In this document: piece after piece, positions 62,571 to 64,000 of the stretch | Layout: each line of letters opens with the position of its first letter | Numbering within the stretch: the first letter of the stretch is position 1 | From: Camelus ferus | Taxonomy: Eukaryota | Direction of reading: 5' to 3' | NCBI RefSeq assembly: GCF_009834535.1 | Contig: NC_045707.1 | Span: 47,370,001 to 47,434,000 of the forward strand | DNA: 64,000 bases | The notes under the pieces: model-generated | Told to the model about the DNA's origin: nothing | The model's database searches: none | The model's input: the letters and a program-made list of their open reading frames with translations, nothing else | Made by a program: the position numbers and the translations under genes

Positions 62571-64000
62571 TTTTATCAAGAAAACCACAGAATGCCAAGA
62601 TAAGATGAACTCGGTCCCTCTCGTCTCAGAGCTGGAGGAGCAAACAGGCCTTAAGGAAGTAATTACAAATATGATGCATATTACCAGGAACACTGGATCT
62701 CATCTGGAGAAAGTGACATTTCAGCTGATAACTGAGAGAAGGAATCAGATACAAATGATGCCGGTCAGGCCTCTCACCTACAGAGCTGGGAGCAGGTTGA
62801 GGCAAGGCTGTCTATGTTTTCTTGGATTCCTCCCGCAGTACTTAGCATCTTGCCCTGAACAAAGTCTACACTAACCAGTATATTTCTTCGCTCTGTTGAA
62901 AGAAAGATAACTTAGTTTCTTCCCTATTGCTGACTGCTTCTGGTAGAAATATTGCCTGATAATTGTTTGTAAACCAAAGCCTCCGTGGTGCCTGTGAGGT
63001 CCCAGAACAAAATTCTCCCCTCAGTTACCTCAAAGTGACATCCGCTAATATGAACAGAAGCCACATGTATTTACTTGAAGGGAGAATTTGGTTGACAGGA
63101 TATTGAAGAGCAATTAACGACGCTTCCAGCCCCTTCAAGTGCACATTTTGTGTCTATAATCATTGTTTAAGAAGATTATATGCCACGTGAATTAGAGGCT
63201 GTGGGGTCCGCGCCACCTCCACATTTTGGTAGTTGTGCATTCCTTATCCTGTTCTCCAGTTATTTTCTTTTCTCAGACTAACTCTGTGCTGTTGTTATTT
63301 TTTCTAATATCTCATTTTCCAGGTTTAAAAACAAGCGCTAAAGCTTAAGGGATGTTTTAAGATGGAAGTCCTTACTGAATTAAATTTTAGGGGAAAAAAA
63401 TACCTTGCCAAATAAAATTACTCCCTGAAGATCTTCCCAGTTGGAGGGGTGGTCTACCCAGAATGGCCCGGCTGGGGGTCTGTCTGCAGCTGACCCCAGG
63501 GAGCCACCTCACCTTGTGAGTCAGTTCTCTATTTTCTTAGCACCAGGCTCAGGAAGGAAATGTTGTTGTCTCCTGCTTAGGCTGTGGTTTGGAATCTGTG
63601 AATCATCTGGGTATCCTTCTGCATGTTAAAAAGTATTTCAAACAAAGAATGAACTTGTAAATGTGTAGTGACTGAAAGCTACAAGCATAGGCTGAGATGT
63701 ATCAAAACAAAAATCTTTTTTAAAAAATCCTCTAATTATGTTCTTATCTGCCTCCAACTTCATTTACTTTTTTTCTCCTTTATCTTTTCTTCTCTGTCTC
63801 CTCCACTTATATTGTATGATGGAAAAATACTAAGTGCAAAGTTTGGAAATGGAAGTTCTAGATGCAGTTCTGCTATTGATTTGGGTGTCAGAGACAAATC
63901 ACTGAACTTCTTTTGGGCCTGATTCTTTCTTTTGTTCAACAAGTATTTGTTGAAAACTTATCACAAGCACTGTTTTACTGGGGATTCAGTGGTGAAGGAA

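Noticed and set aside
1..64000. Host-gene orientation inferred from L1 strand bias
   Set aside because: L1 and LTR orientations are mixed, so intronic versus intergenic status cannot be decided

Overview
This is AT-rich, CpG-poor mammalian genomic DNA, most likely from a camelid, judged from four tRNA-Ala(AGC)-derived SINEs of the vic-1 type. I found no protein-coding exon or RNA gene that I can support. The ORFs that resemble known proteins are L1 ORF2 C-terminal remnants or their antisense read-through; the rest are short and unrecognisable. Roughly half the window is transposable-element debris: L1 of several ages, L2, MIR, CR1, MaLR/ERVL/ERV1 solo LTRs, and hAT and mariner fossils. Repeat-free blocks between them carry candidate regulatory motifs. 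Three structures stand out. (1) A 285-bp gap-free inverted duplication (48481-48765 / 49693-49977, 19 mismatches) whose spacer is itself inverted, shown by an old L1 that continues across the breakpoint on the opposite strand; this is the signature of a replication template switch. (2) An ~880-bp TSD-flanked, poly(A)-tailed insertion of composite genomic sequence (25687-26568) that used an antisense-L1 AATAAA and landed in an LTR. (3) An intact young ERV1-type solo LTR (56792-57278) with a TSD, TATA box, octamer and tandem CCAAT boxes. Repeat family names come from recalled consensus resemblance and need RepeatMasker/Dfam confirmation.
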